Assembly (NCBI GenBank): GCA_964462545.1
Contig: CAYWXR010000010.1
Span: 49,801 to 113,800, forward strand
Source of the DNA: an uncultured Thermomicrobiales bacterium
GTDB lineage: Bacteria > Chloroflexota > Chloroflexia > Thermomicrobiales > CFX8
Reading direction: 5' to 3'
Length of the DNA stretch: 64,000 nucleotides
In this document: piece by piece, positions 35,913 through 44,994 of the stretch
Numbering within the stretch: position 1 is the stretch's first letter
Layout: each line of letters begins with the position of its first letter
The notes under the pieces: generated by a model
What the model saw: only the letters and a program-made list of their open reading frames with translations
Told to the model about the DNA's origin: nothing
Databases searched by the model: none
Position numbers and translations under genes: made by a program

Positions 35913-36532
35913 CTTGCCAACGCGATCATGTCGCGGATCTGCTGGGCATTGGAGAATTCGCCGCGGAAGAACGTCACAATCTCACCCTCGGCATTGATAA
36001 CGAAGGTCTCTGGCACGCCAGTCAGTCCGAACTCGACAGCAATCGATGTGCTGGTATCGTCCTCGATCACCGGATAGGTAACGTGCAGATCATCAATGAA
36101 CCGCTCGGCTGCACTGCGGGTATCCCAGACATTCACCCCGATGATCTGGACCATGTCATCGTCGGAAAACTCATCGGCAATCCGGTTCAGCATCGGCATT
36201 TCCGACACGCACGGCTCGCACCAACTGGCCCAGAAATTGAGGACAGTTACCTTGCCACGTTGCTCGGAAAGACGGAATGGCTCACCGTCAAAGGAGAGGA
36301 GTTCAAACTCCGGGGCTGGTCGTGGATTGTCATAGACAATCGCCCCGAACCCGGTTACCGATTGCTGGTTATCAACCCGAAGCGATTCCGGTGCGAACAG
36401 CGCCCAGGCAAGCAACCCGATCAGACCAACGACCATAACGCCGGCAACAATCGGTATAACTCGTGTACGGATCACACTGGGTTGCACAGCCGGTGCTGGT
36501 TCCTGGAATCCGGCATCTTGCATATCGATCAC
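35909..36532 (-). CDS. Membrane-anchored thioredoxin-like thiol:disulfide oxidoreductase (ResA/TlpA/CcmG-like)
   Basis: N-terminal TM; VLNFWASWCEPCVSEMP CxxC motif; stop overlaps ccdA start. Confidence 0.85.
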   Translation of the reverse strand: MIDMQDAGFQEPAPAVQPSVIRTRVIPIVAGVMVVGLIGLLAWALFAPESLRVDNQQSVTGFGAIVYDNPRPAPEFELLSFDGEPFRLSEQRGKVTVLNFWASWCEPCVSEMPMLNRIADEFSDDDMVQIIGVNVWDTRSAAERFIDDLHVTYPVIEDDTSTSIAVEFGLTGVPETFVINAEGEIVTFFRGEFSNAQQIRDMIALAR

Positions 36533-36557
36533 CGTTCAGAGGGATATGAATCCGGGG

Positions 36558-36639
36558 TGGGGGAAGAGGGACTCGAACCCTCACACCTTGCGGTACATGC
36601 TCCTAAGGCATGCGCGTCTGCCAGTTCCGCCATCCCCCC
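36558..36639 (-). tRNA. tRNA-Leu (anticodon UAG)
   Basis: Hand-folded cloverleaf: acceptor GGGGGGA/TTCCCCC, D arm GCG-GAACTGGCAGA-CGC, anticodon stem CATGC/GCATG with loop CT-TAG-GA, long variable arm, T arm GAGGG-TTCGAGT-CCCTC, discriminator A; CCA not encoded. Confidence 0.9.
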
Positions 36640-36740
36640 GGCACTCTCCCTGCAAAGTATAGCAACGACACTCCAACGTCGCCGGGCAAGCATCATGCCG
36701 GCGTCTCCCTACGGAATAATCCGGTAGAAGGCTGTCCGTT

Positions 36741-36770
36741 ACACAACAACGGGGCGCAAATGCGCCCCGT
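36741..36770 (-). terminator. Intrinsic terminator after iscA-like gene
   Basis: ACGGGGCGCA-TT-TGCGCCCCGT hairpin followed on minus strand by TGTTGTGT. Confidence 0.55.
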
Positions 36771-36798
36771 CGTCATTCAGTGTCTGAAGGTGCTGAAT

Positions 36799-37158
36799 CT
36801 AGCAGCCGCAACCCTGGGCGGTGCCTGCGTTGCCGCCGGCATCGAAGGAGTGACCGCAAGCGCAGCCTGCAACAGCGTTCGGGTTGCGAACAGTGAAGCC
36901 GCCACCCATCAGGCTGTTAACGTAGTCAATCTCAGCGCCGCCGAGGTACATGGCCGAGAATTCATCGACCAGCAGGCGAACGCCCTTCGTCTCGATGACA
37001 GTGTCGCCATCTTCGACGTCTTCTTCAACCGACATGCCATATTGAAGACCCGAGCAGCCTCCCGGGGCAACAAAGACACGCAGCGAGTAACCGCTAGTGC
37101 CCTGGTCCTCGAGGAACGCTTCCAACTGCTCGACAGCTTCATCGGTAATGGAAATCAT
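36799..37158 (-). CDS. Iron-sulfur cluster insertion protein, IscA/ErpA/HesB family, with extra C-terminal Cys-Gly-Cys tail
   Basis: MISITDEAVEQL..., GGCSGLQY, C-terminal GCACGHSF then DAGGNAGTAQGCGC extension; ATG 37158. Confidence 0.85.
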   Translation of the reverse strand: MISITDEAVEQLEAFLEDQGTSGYSLRVFVAPGGCSGLQYGMSVEEDVEDGDTVIETKGVRLLVDEFSAMYLGGAEIDYVNSLMGGGFTVRNPNAVAGCACGHSFDAGGNAGTAQGCGC

Positions 37159-37359
37159 CCTGTCGACCCCTTTCCTCGATACGACGAACGCCGCCGTATC
37201 CCGCTCTATCCTGAACAACCTGTATATTCCGGTTATTCCACCAGATTAATCATAGCGTACTAGTCAACATTCCCCGTTGTAAAGACCCCATGCCTGAAAT
37301 GCAGTTTTCCCGCAGGAAAGCGTACTATTCGGCAGCTTATGTCATGTCCAAACCGGTAA

Positions 37360-38490
37360 TTACCCCTGTCCCAACAGCGCGGTCAGGTGCTCCCGAACGC
37401 GATCGCCAAACCCGGTGGTGCCGATCGGCGTGTTTTTCGGGCGAGCGATATCCCGCGTGCGAACACCATCGTCCAGCGTCTTGCTAACCGCCTGTTCAAT
37501 GGCATCTGCTTCGGCATCCAGACCAAACGAAATCCGGAGCATCATCGCCGCCGAAAGGATGGCGCCGCACGGGTTGGCCAGGTTCTGGCCGGCGATATCC
37601 GGGGCAGACCCGTGGATTGGCTCATACATGCCGAACTGGACGGCCGTTGTTCCCTCGCGGGAAGGCGGAGTGCCACTCAGGCTGGCCGAGGGCAACATAC
37701 CAAGCGATCCTGCCAGCACCGCTGCTTCATCCGAAAGAATGTCGCCAAACATGTTCTCGGTCACGATGACGTCGTAATCAGTTGGACGCAGGATGAGACG
37801 CATCGCGCAGGAGTCGATCAGCGCATGTTCAAGGGCAATATCCGGGTGACGCTCGGCAACCTCTTCGGCAATCGTTCGCCACAACCGGGAAGAAGCCATC
37901 ACGTTGGCCTTGTCAACGCTGGTCACCTTGCCACGCCGGTTGGCTGCCAGCACAAAGCCCAGGTCAACCAGACGTTCGATTTCCTGCTCGCTGTAGACGA
38001 GCGTATCAATAGCATCCCGTCCGGATTCGGATGTCCTGATTTCAGAAGGCTTGCCGAAGTAAAGCCCGCCGGTCAGCTCCCGCAGGATCAGCATGTCCGT
38101 GCCACGCACGACATCTGCCTTGACCGGCGAAGAATCCACCAGCGAATCAAAGACCTTGATCGGCCGCAGGTTGGCGAAAAGACCCAACTGCTGTCGCAAC
38201 CGGAGCAGGCCTGCTTCCGGCCGGATGTTGGCAGCAACACCGTCCCACTTCGGACCACCGACCGCCCCGAGCAGGATGGAATCTGTGGTCCGAGCCAGAT
38301 CAATATCCTCGTCCCGCAGCGGCACGCCCCAGGTGTCGATGGCGATGCCACCCAGGTGTGCATCCACAAGGTCAAACTGCACCGGACGCTGCGATTCGAT
38401 AATCTGCAGCACCTTGATTGCCTCGCCGAGCACTTCCGGCCCGACGCCGTCACCCGGCAGGCAAAGGATTCTGTAGGTTGTCGACGTCAT
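37360..38490 (-). CDS. leuB: 3-isopropylmalate dehydrogenase
   Basis: ILCLPGDGVGPEV N-terminus, NMFGDILSDEAA motif; leu operon synteny. Confidence 0.92.
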   Translation of the reverse strand: MTSTTYRILCLPGDGVGPEVLGEAIKVLQIIESQRPVQFDLVDAHLGGIAIDTWGVPLRDEDIDLARTTDSILLGAVGGPKWDGVAANIRPEAGLLRLRQQLGLFANLRPIKVFDSLVDSSPVKADVVRGTDMLILRELTGGLYFGKPSEIRTSESGRDAIDTLVYSEQEIERLVDLGFVLAANRRGKVTSVDKANVMASSRLWRTIAEEVAERHPDIALEHALIDSCAMRLILRPTDYDVIVTENMFGDILSDEAAVLAGSLGMLPSASLSGTPPSREGTTAVQFGMYEPIHGSAPDIAGQNLANPCGAILSAAMMLRISFGLDAEADAIEQAVSKTLDDGVRTRDIARPKNTPIGTTGFGDRVREHLTALLGQG

Positions 38491-38996
38491 CCCGCTGCCT
38501 GTCGTTGCTTCACACGCGCGGCCACGGCTTCCATAAGCCCACCGGCGTTGACGATCTCCTGCACATAGGGTGCGTGCGGCTTGGCAGTGTATTCCTTGCC
38601 GGTCCGCAGGTTCAGCACCATGCCCTCGGAGGTATCGATCTCGAGGATATCGCCGGTCTCCGCCTCCTCAACCGCTTCCGGGCACTCAACCAGCGGCAGA
38701 CCAATGTTGATCGAATTGCGGTAGAAGATACGGGCATACGACTCGGCCACGACAACCGATACCCCGGCGCCCGAAATAGCGATCGGTGCATGCTCGCGCG
38801 ACGAGCCACAACCGAAGTTTTTGCCAGCGACAATGATGTCGCCCTCCTGGACATTGTCCTTGAAGGTCGGATCAATATCCTCCATGACATGCTGTGCCAG
38901 TTCCTTGGCATCGGATGTCAGCAGGTAGCGTGCCGGGATGATGACATCGGTATCAATGTCATCGCCAAATTTCCACACCTTGCCCCGAAATTGCAT
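38487..38996 (-). CDS. leuD: 3-isopropylmalate dehydratase small subunit (short, archaeal-type)
   Basis: 169 aa; [14 protein letters not shown] motif; overlaps leuB start. Confidence 0.9.
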   Translation of the reverse strand: MQFRGKVWKFGDDIDTDVIIPARYLLTSDAKELAQHVMEDIDPTFKDNVQEGDIIVAGKNFGCGSSREHAPIAISGAGVSVVVAESYARIFYRNSINIGLPLVECPEAVEEAETGDILEIDTSEGMVLNLRTGKEYTAKPHAPYVQEIVNAGGLMEAVAARVKQRQAAG

Positions 38997-39121
38997 GCGA
39001 TCTCCTCCACGCTATGCGTAACAGGGAGGAACTTCTCGCTCCCTGTGTGTTCCAGTCGTTCAGATCCCCTCTTCCGGGTGAACATCCATGAGTTCACGGG
39101 CGGAAGCCAGGGAGGTGATCG

Positions 39122-40378
39122 CTACACCTGATCCGGCGCTGCGACCTTGCCGGCAACGGCGCTGGCGGCGGCGACACGCGGGCCGCACAGAATGATTTCC
39201 GACCGGCGATGGCCCATCCGGCCGCGGAAGTTTCGGTTGGTCGTGGAAACACACCGCTCGCCCTCGGCCAGCACGCCCATGTATCCACCCAGGCAGGGGC
39301 CACAGGTCGAGGTGCTCCAGACAGCGCCGGCATCCATGAAGATATCTGCCAGGCCTTCCTTCGTCGCCTCGCGGTGTACCTTCTGGCTGCCCGGAATGAC
39401 AATGCAGCGCACCATCGGGTGAACCTGGCGGCCCTTGAGAATCTCGGCAGCAGCTCGCAGGTCGGAGAGACGACCATTGGTGCAGGAGCCGATTACCACC
39501 TGGTGAATCTCCATGTCGTCAATATCTTCAGCATTATGGACATTGCTCGGCAGGTGCGGCAGCGCCACAACCGGCTTGAGGTCCGTCACGTCAATCTCGA
39601 CGATCTGCTGATATTCGGCGTCCGGATCCGAATAGAACGGCGTGTGCGGCTTGTCGGACACTGCGTCAAGGAACGCCTTGGTCTTGTCATCGTACGGGAA
39701 GATCCCGGTATCACCGCCGGCCTCGATGGCCATGTTACACATCGCGATCCGGTCATCCATCGGCAGTTCGTCAATGACCGGGCCGGTAAACTCCAGCACC
39801 GAGTTCAACGCGCCATCGACGCCGATCTTGCCGATCGTCGTCAGGATCAGGTCCTTGCCGCCAACACCTTCCGGCAGTTTCCCGGTGTAGACGACCTTGA
39901 TCGTGCCCGGAACCCGCACCCAGGTGGTACCGAGTGCCATGGCGGCAGCGATGTCGGTCGAACCCATACCGGTCGAGAAGCAGTTGAACGCACCGTAGGT
40001 ACAGGTATGTGAGTCAGCGCCGATGATGATGTCACCGGGCATTGTCAGGCCGTTCTCCGGCAAGACAACGTGCTCGATACCGGCCCGGCCAAGTTCGAAG
40101 TAGAGCGTGCCCTGTGCGTGGGCAAACTCGCGCATGATCTTGGCGTTCTCGGCGGCACGGATATCCTTGGCCGGCACAAAGTGATCCGGAACAAAGACGA
40201 CCTTGTTCGGGTCAAATACCTTTTCAAGGCCCGACTTCTTGAACTCCTGAATCGACAGGGGTGCAGTAACGTCGTTGGTCATCACCAGGTCGACGGCGAC
40301 CTCAACGATCTCGCCCGGTGTGACCTTTTCCCGGCCTGCCCCCTTCGCCAGGATTTTCTCAACCATTGTTGCGCCCAC
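39122..40378 (-). CDS. leuC: 3-isopropylmalate dehydratase large subunit (418-aa type)
   Basis: Aconitase-family cluster ligands (GADSHTC, GSCTNGR, TCGPCLG); start may be ATG 40366 instead of GTG 40378. Confidence 0.9.
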   Translation of the reverse strand: MGATMVEKILAKGAGREKVTPGEIVEVAVDLVMTNDVTAPLSIQEFKKSGLEKVFDPNKVVFVPDHFVPAKDIRAAENAKIMREFAHAQGTLYFELGRAGIEHVVLPENGLTMPGDIIIGADSHTCTYGAFNCFSTGMGSTDIAAAMALGTTWVRVPGTIKVVYTGKLPEGVGGKDLILTTIGKIGVDGALNSVLEFTGPVIDELPMDDRIAMCNMAIEAGGDTGIFPYDDKTKAFLDAVSDKPHTPFYSDPDAEYQQIVEIDVTDLKPVVALPHLPSNVHNAEDIDDMEIHQVVIGSCTNGRLSDLRAAAEILKGRQVHPMVRCIVIPGSQKVHREATKEGLADIFMDAGAVWSTSTCGPCLGGYMGVLAEGERCVSTTNRNFRGRMGHRRSEIILCGPRVAAASAVAGKVAAPDQV

Positions 40379-41926
40379 TTAGACTGCACCCTTCGCCCGC
40401 TCCGGGGCCGTTGCCGCTGCCGCGGCTCGATTCAACGCCATGATGTAGGCGTTGACACTCGCTTGCACAATATCTGTCGACACGCCCCGGCCAATATAGA
40501 CTGTCCCACCGACAGCCACCCGCACCGTTACCGAACCCTGAGCGTCCTCGCCGGGCGTAATCGCATCAATCGAAAACTGCTCCAGCGTTGGCTCCAGATC
40601 GGAAACCGAGTCGATAGCCGAGAACAATGCCGAAATCTGGCCATTTCCCTTGGCGGTAGCTTCGCGCTCCTTGCCCTTCACGTCAAGCATCACAGCGGCT
40701 TCAGCGATGCCATCGCTGCCGGAATGCGCCCGCCAGTCAATCAACCGGAAGGAGACGACATCCTCATCCTGCCGCAGGTTGTCCTCGACGATCGCGATGA
40801 TGTCGGCATCGGTGACGTTCTTCTTGCGGTCAGACAGGCTGATAAACCGGGTGTAGAGCTCCTGCAAACGGTCCTGGTCCACCTCGTAACCGAGGTCTTC
40901 CAGCTTCGACCGGAAACCGGCTCGGCCGGAGTGCTTGCCCATCACCAGCTGTGTTGAAGCCCAGCCAACCGATTCCGGCGTCATGATCTCGTACGTCTCG
41001 CGGTTCTTCAGCATGCCATCCTGGTGAATACCGGCCTCGTGGGCGAAGGCGTTCGCACCAACAACTGCCTTGTTTGCCTGGACCTCAAAGTCGGTAACCC
41101 GGGTAATCAGCTTGCTGGAAGGAACCAGCTCCTTCGAAGCGATCCGGGTATCCACCCCGTTGAAGTAGTCCTTGCGGGTTCGCAAGGCCATGACGACTTC
41201 CTCGAGCGCGGTATTGCCGGCCCGCTCGCCGATGCCGTTGATCGTTACTTCCACCTGCCGGGCACCAGCCTCGACAGCCGCCAGTGTGTTTGCGGTCGCC
41301 ATTCCCAGGTCGTTGTGGCAGTGGACAGAAATGACGACGTTCTCGATTCCCGGCGTGTTGGCCTTGAGATACTCGATCAGCCGGCGATACTCGGCCGGCG
41401 TGGTGTAGCCAACCGTGTCCGGCACGTTGAGCGTCGTTGCGCCCTCTTCTATGGCGGCGGCAAAGATACGGCACAGGAAGTCCCAGTCACTCCGGGTAGC
41501 ATCCTCAGCCGAGAACTCGACATCGGAGAGATAGGTCTTGCAACGCCGTACCGATTGTCGGGCAATCTCGACCACCTCGTCCGGCGTTTTCCGCAGTTTG
41601 GACTGCATATGGACCGGGGAAGTGGCCACAAACGTGTGAATCCGGGCGGCCTCGGCGTGCTGGACAGCCTCCCATGCGGCGTCGATATCGGACGGATTGG
41701 CGCGGGCCAGGCCGGCAACAACGACACCCTTTACCTCTTTGGCGATATTGCGGACTGCGTCAAGGTCGCCGGGCGATGCAGCCGGGAATCCGGCTTCCAT
41801 AATGTCGACACCCAGGCGCACCAGTTGACGGGCTACCTCAATCTTCTCGGACGAGGTCATGGTGCCACCGGGCGATTGTTCGCCGTCTCTCAGGGTGGTG
41901 TCGAATACGTATACGCGGTCAGTCAT
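40379..41926 (-). CDS. leuA: 2-isopropylmalate synthase
   Basis: VFDTTLRDGEQSPG, HCHNDLGMATAN, C-terminal LeuA regulatory domain; ATG 41926 with GAGGAG RBS. Confidence 0.92.
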   Translation of the reverse strand: MTDRVYVFDTTLRDGEQSPGGTMTSSEKIEVARQLVRLGVDIMEAGFPAASPGDLDAVRNIAKEVKGVVVAGLARANPSDIDAAWEAVQHAEAARIHTFVATSPVHMQSKLRKTPDEVVEIARQSVRRCKTYLSDVEFSAEDATRSDWDFLCRIFAAAIEEGATTLNVPDTVGYTTPAEYRRLIEYLKANTPGIENVVISVHCHNDLGMATANTLAAVEAGARQVEVTINGIGERAGNTALEEVVMALRTRKDYFNGVDTRIASKELVPSSKLITRVTDFEVQANKAVVGANAFAHEAGIHQDGMLKNRETYEIMTPESVGWASTQLVMGKHSGRAGFRSKLEDLGYEVDQDRLQELYTRFISLSDRKKNVTDADIIAIVEDNLRQDEDVVSFRLIDWRAHSGSDGIAEAAVMLDVKGKEREATAKGNGQISALFSAIDSVSDLEPTLEQFSIDAITPGEDAQGSVTVRVAVGGTVYIGRGVSTDIVQASVNAYIMALNRAAAAATAPERAKGAV

Positions 41927-42111
41927 GGTCTCCTCTTCAATCGTCAGAACACTTCGGTCCACCAGCGCTACCTGCATGCCGGTTTTGATCTGCAACGCCC
42001 CTGTTTGCTGCAGGGGCTAGCTAAGCATGAGGCGCACCAGCGACGAGCTACGACGTACATCGGTGCAAGATCGGTTGACGACTTCTGCCGGCGACAAGAC
42101 TCAACTCCAAT

Positions 42112-42360
42112 AAAACAAAAATCCCCGCCCCAAAAGGGACGAGGTTCAACCCGCGGTACCACCCTTGTTAACCAGCAACGTGCTGGCTCACTTGGCTCGC
42201 GATAACGGGCGAAACCCGGCAGTGACTGGCGAAAGTGCCTCACCACTGCGGCTCGGGTGCGAGTTCGCTGGCCATTCTGCTGCCGGTCTCCCACCAACTA
42301 CCGGCTCGCTGCTGCGGAATGTTGCCTGCTACTACTCACCGTCAATGCCTGTTGACTGCC
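42112..42360 (-). promoter_or_regulatory. T-box riboswitch leader, probable Leu specifier (CUC), upstream of leuACDB
   Basis: Minus strand: T-box AAGGGTGGTACCGCGG (42166..42151), terminator CCTCGTCCC-TTTT-GGGGCGGGG (9 bp incl. 2 G-U) + ATTTTTGTTTT; candidate specifier context GCGAA-CUC-G (42263..42261). Confidence 0.7.
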
Positions 42361-42364
42361 AGTG

Positions 42365-42394
42365 AATCTACCAGCGTTCGTGATGCGATGTCAA
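42365..42394 (-). promoter_or_regulatory. Putative promoter of the leu T-box leader
   Basis: TTGACA (42394..42389) - 18 nt - TAGATT (42370..42365) on minus strand. Confidence 0.5.
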
Positions 42395-42459
42395 CACCTC
42401 CAAAATTCAACTGCACACAGCAACCATCTTCCCGGATTTCCAGGTGCGCCTGCCGGGCA

Positions 42460-42488
42460 TAAAAGGAGGGCGCACAATGTGCGCCCTC
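42460..42488 (-). terminator. Intrinsic terminator after the GltD-like gene
   Basis: GAGGGCGCAC-ATTG-TGCGCCCTC followed on minus strand by CTTTTAT. Confidence 0.65.
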
Positions 42489-42514
42489 GTCAGTAACTAT
42501 CCTGGTGCTGATAA

Positions 42515-44656
42515 CTATCCGTCGGCGACGATGGCCAGGTCGCTGGTTTCGCGGGCTGACTGCGGGGTCGGGCGGTAGTGCTCCATGGTCAGGCACTCGG
42601 TCGGGCACCACTCAACACACAGTCCACAGCGGATGCAGGCCTGCTCGTCGATCACCATTGCAGCGGCGTTCGGCCCAAGCTCGGCACGCGCCATCGCTGC
42701 CAGTTCGGTCTCGTTATCGATCGAGTGAATCCGGTCGAGTGAGATCATCTCGATGCACTCGTACGGGCAGATGTCGACACAGCCGTTGCAGAGAATACAG
42801 CGGTTGCCATCGATGAAGATGTTCAACTGGCACTGCAGACACCGCTTGGCTTCCTCGAACCCGATCGGCTTGGTGTAGCCCATTTCGACTTCAAGGGTGG
42901 TTTCATCGGCAAACAGACCGCGCTCGCCCAGCGGCAGCATCGGCATGTCCTGGCGTTCGACCGAGGAGTAATTGTCTCCCCAGCGCAGACGCCGGCTCAT
43001 GGCGGAAACTGACCACTCAGCCACACCTTCGGCAACCAGCGCATTCGGCGTGTGCAGGTCTTCGATCGGCACACGGGTGATCTCGAAATCCTTCCGGGGG
43101 ACATCAACGCCACGCAGTGCCTTGTCGATCTCCTCGGCAACACGCTTGCCTTCGCCGATCGCCGAAATGAAGTTGGACGGGTTGGTGACATAGTCACCGA
43201 CTGCCCAGACCTTCGGGTGCTGGGTTCGGAGGTGCTCATCAAGAATCGGCACACCACGGCGGTCGCGTTCCGGGAAGAGATTGTCTCCCAGGAAGTCGTT
43301 GTCCTGGTACTGGCCGATGGCGACGATGACCTGGTCGCACTCGATGATGAACTCGGAACCTTCGACCGGCATCGGCCGGCGGCGGCCGGATGCATCCGGC
43401 GGGCCAAGTTCGTTGCGGACGAACTCGATACCGGCCACGTGGCCATCCTCACCGGCGATAATCCGGGTTGGTGCCACCATGTACAGGATCTCGCAGCCCT
43501 CGAGTTCAGACTCTTCGATTTCCAGAGGCATGACCGGGATCTCGTTCTGGGATCGCCGGTAGGTCATGATCGAGGTTTCGGCGCCCATGCGGAGCACCGT
43601 GCGGATGCAGTCAATCGAGGTAAAACCACCACCGACCGTCACCACCCGCTTGCCGACAAAGATGTCTTCCTTCTGACCGAAGTTGACATCTTCCAGGAAC
43701 GGCAGACCACCTACAACACCGGGCAGATCTTCGCCCGGGATATTCAGTCGAGTTGCGTTCTGGTTACCGGCAGCGATCACGACGGCATCGTGTCGCTCGA
43801 TGAGTTCTTCCATCGTAATGTCAACACCAACCTTGGTGTTGTAATGGATGTCGATGCCCAGGTCGGTAATCAGTTCGGTCTCTTCGGTGATCACGTCGCG
43901 CGGCAGACGCCACTCAGGAACACCGCCCCACATCATGCCGCCCGGAACAGCAAATGCCTCATAGATCGTGCACTTGTAGCCGGCACGCGCCAACTGGCGG
44001 GCAGTGGTCAGGCCAGCCACACCGGCACCGATGATGCCGACGGTCAGGCCATTCAGCGGCGGCGGGGTCTCACGGCGGGTTTCGCCGCGATAGTCGGCCG
44101 CAACGCGCTTCAGGTAACAGATACCGATTGGCTGGTCGACTTCCTGCCGGCGGCAGGCATCTTCACATGGCCGGGCACACATACGGCCCAGGCAGCCCGG
44201 GAAGACGTTGTGCTCACGGTTCAGTTCGAATGAGTCGGCATACCGGCCGTCAGCAATGAGTGCCAGATACCGGGAAATGTCGGTATGCGCCGGGCAAGCA
44301 GTCTGGCAGGGAATATTGGCAGCAAACCACGCCTGGTCACCGGTGTTGACCCGGTAGCGCGGCCCGGTTCGCTGGGTGAATGGTGAAAAGATTTCCTGGT
44401 CAACAAACGCCAGCAACCGGATGCGCCGGGTGTCGTCAATCGGCGTAACATCCATGTCCTGGCTAACGATCCCGCGCGAGGCCAGTTCGCCGATGACGGC
44501 ACTGACATCACTACTGGACAACCGCTCGAATCTATTGATTGCGGCACCACAGGAAGGGCACTCCGAAAAGAGGAGTTCGCCCTCGGTAATGAAGCCGCAG
44601 ATACCGCACTGGTGGAACACACCGTGTCCATTCTGCGTAGCTCCGCTGGTAGCCAT
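42515..44656 (-). CDS. Multidomain NAD(P)H-dependent oxidoreductase: zinc ribbon + GltD-like (glutamate synthase small-subunit family) + 2x[4Fe-4S] ferredoxin domain
   Basis: N-term CGICG-x15-CPSCG; GltD Fe-S region CQTACPAHTD / CARPCEDAC; dinucleotide folds GIIGAGVAGL and VVTVGGGFTS; C-term CILCNGCVDICP and CIRCGLCVEWCP; ATG 44656 with AGGAGG RBS. Confidence 0.8.
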   Translation of the reverse strand: MATSGATQNGHGVFHQCGICGFITEGELLFSECPSCGAAINRFERLSSSDVSAVIGELASRGIVSQDMDVTPIDDTRRIRLLAFVDQEIFSPFTQRTGPRYRVNTGDQAWFAANIPCQTACPAHTDISRYLALIADGRYADSFELNREHNVFPGCLGRMCARPCEDACRRQEVDQPIGICYLKRVAADYRGETRRETPPPLNGLTVGIIGAGVAGLTTARQLARAGYKCTIYEAFAVPGGMMWGGVPEWRLPRDVITEETELITDLGIDIHYNTKVGVDITMEELIERHDAVVIAAGNQNATRLNIPGEDLPGVVGGLPFLEDVNFGQKEDIFVGKRVVTVGGGFTSIDCIRTVLRMGAETSIMTYRRSQNEIPVMPLEIEESELEGCEILYMVAPTRIIAGEDGHVAGIEFVRNELGPPDASGRRRPMPVEGSEFIIECDQVIVAIGQYQDNDFLGDNLFPERDRRGVPILDEHLRTQHPKVWAVGDYVTNPSNFISAIGEGKRVAEEIDKALRGVDVPRKDFEITRVPIEDLHTPNALVAEGVAEWSVSAMSRRLRWGDNYSSVERQDMPMLPLGERGLFADETTLEVEMGYTKPIGFEEAKRCLQCQLNIFIDGNRCILCNGCVDICPYECIEMISLDRIHSIDNETELAAMARAELGPNAAAMVIDEQACIRCGLCVEWCPTECLTMEHYRPTPQSARETSDLAIVADG

Positions 44657-44908
44657 GATGTTTCCTCCTGCTCTGGTCCGCATCCCGCGTACCATCGGGC
44701 GTGCCCGGACACTGTATCGGTCGTTCCTGTCCCGCGATTCCGCAGGATATTACATTCCGATACAGGGTCTTCACGCGTGAGTGGAGCATTGCTCAGGGCA
44801 CACAACCCCCGTTGGTGTGCCGTTCCGCCTAGTATACCGCGCTCGTTTGGAAATTCACGACCAGACAGGTAGATGCTGGCCCGGTTTTCCGGTTATGGAC
44901 ACAGCAGA

Positions 44909-44933
44909 ACACCCCGGCAAGAAACCGGGGTGT
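44909..44933 (-). terminator. Possible terminator hairpin after the phosphoribosyltransferase gene
   Basis: ACACCCCGG-TTTCTTG-CCGGGGTGT on minus strand; weak T-tract (TCTGCTGTG). Confidence 0.4.
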
Positions 44934-44994
44934 CTCGGTGGTTCCATATTAATGAGGACGCAGCGTCTCTTGCCAGCGAAGAATGCCGGTAACG

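Noticed and set aside
38997-39121. Two hairpins (39021-39046, 39078-39097) in the 125-nt leuC-leuD spacer as an internal attenuator or REP element
   Set aside because: There is no T-tract, no second copy elsewhere in the window and no recognisable motif. The evidence is insufficient beyond noting the unusually long intra-operon spacer.
41968-42060. 30-aa Cys-rich micro-ORF (MYVVARRWCASCLASPCSKQGRCRSKPACR) in the leuA leader as a leader peptide
   Set aside because: It has no Leu codon run as expected for attenuation, no RBS, and it overlaps a hairpin. It is more likely non-coding spacer.
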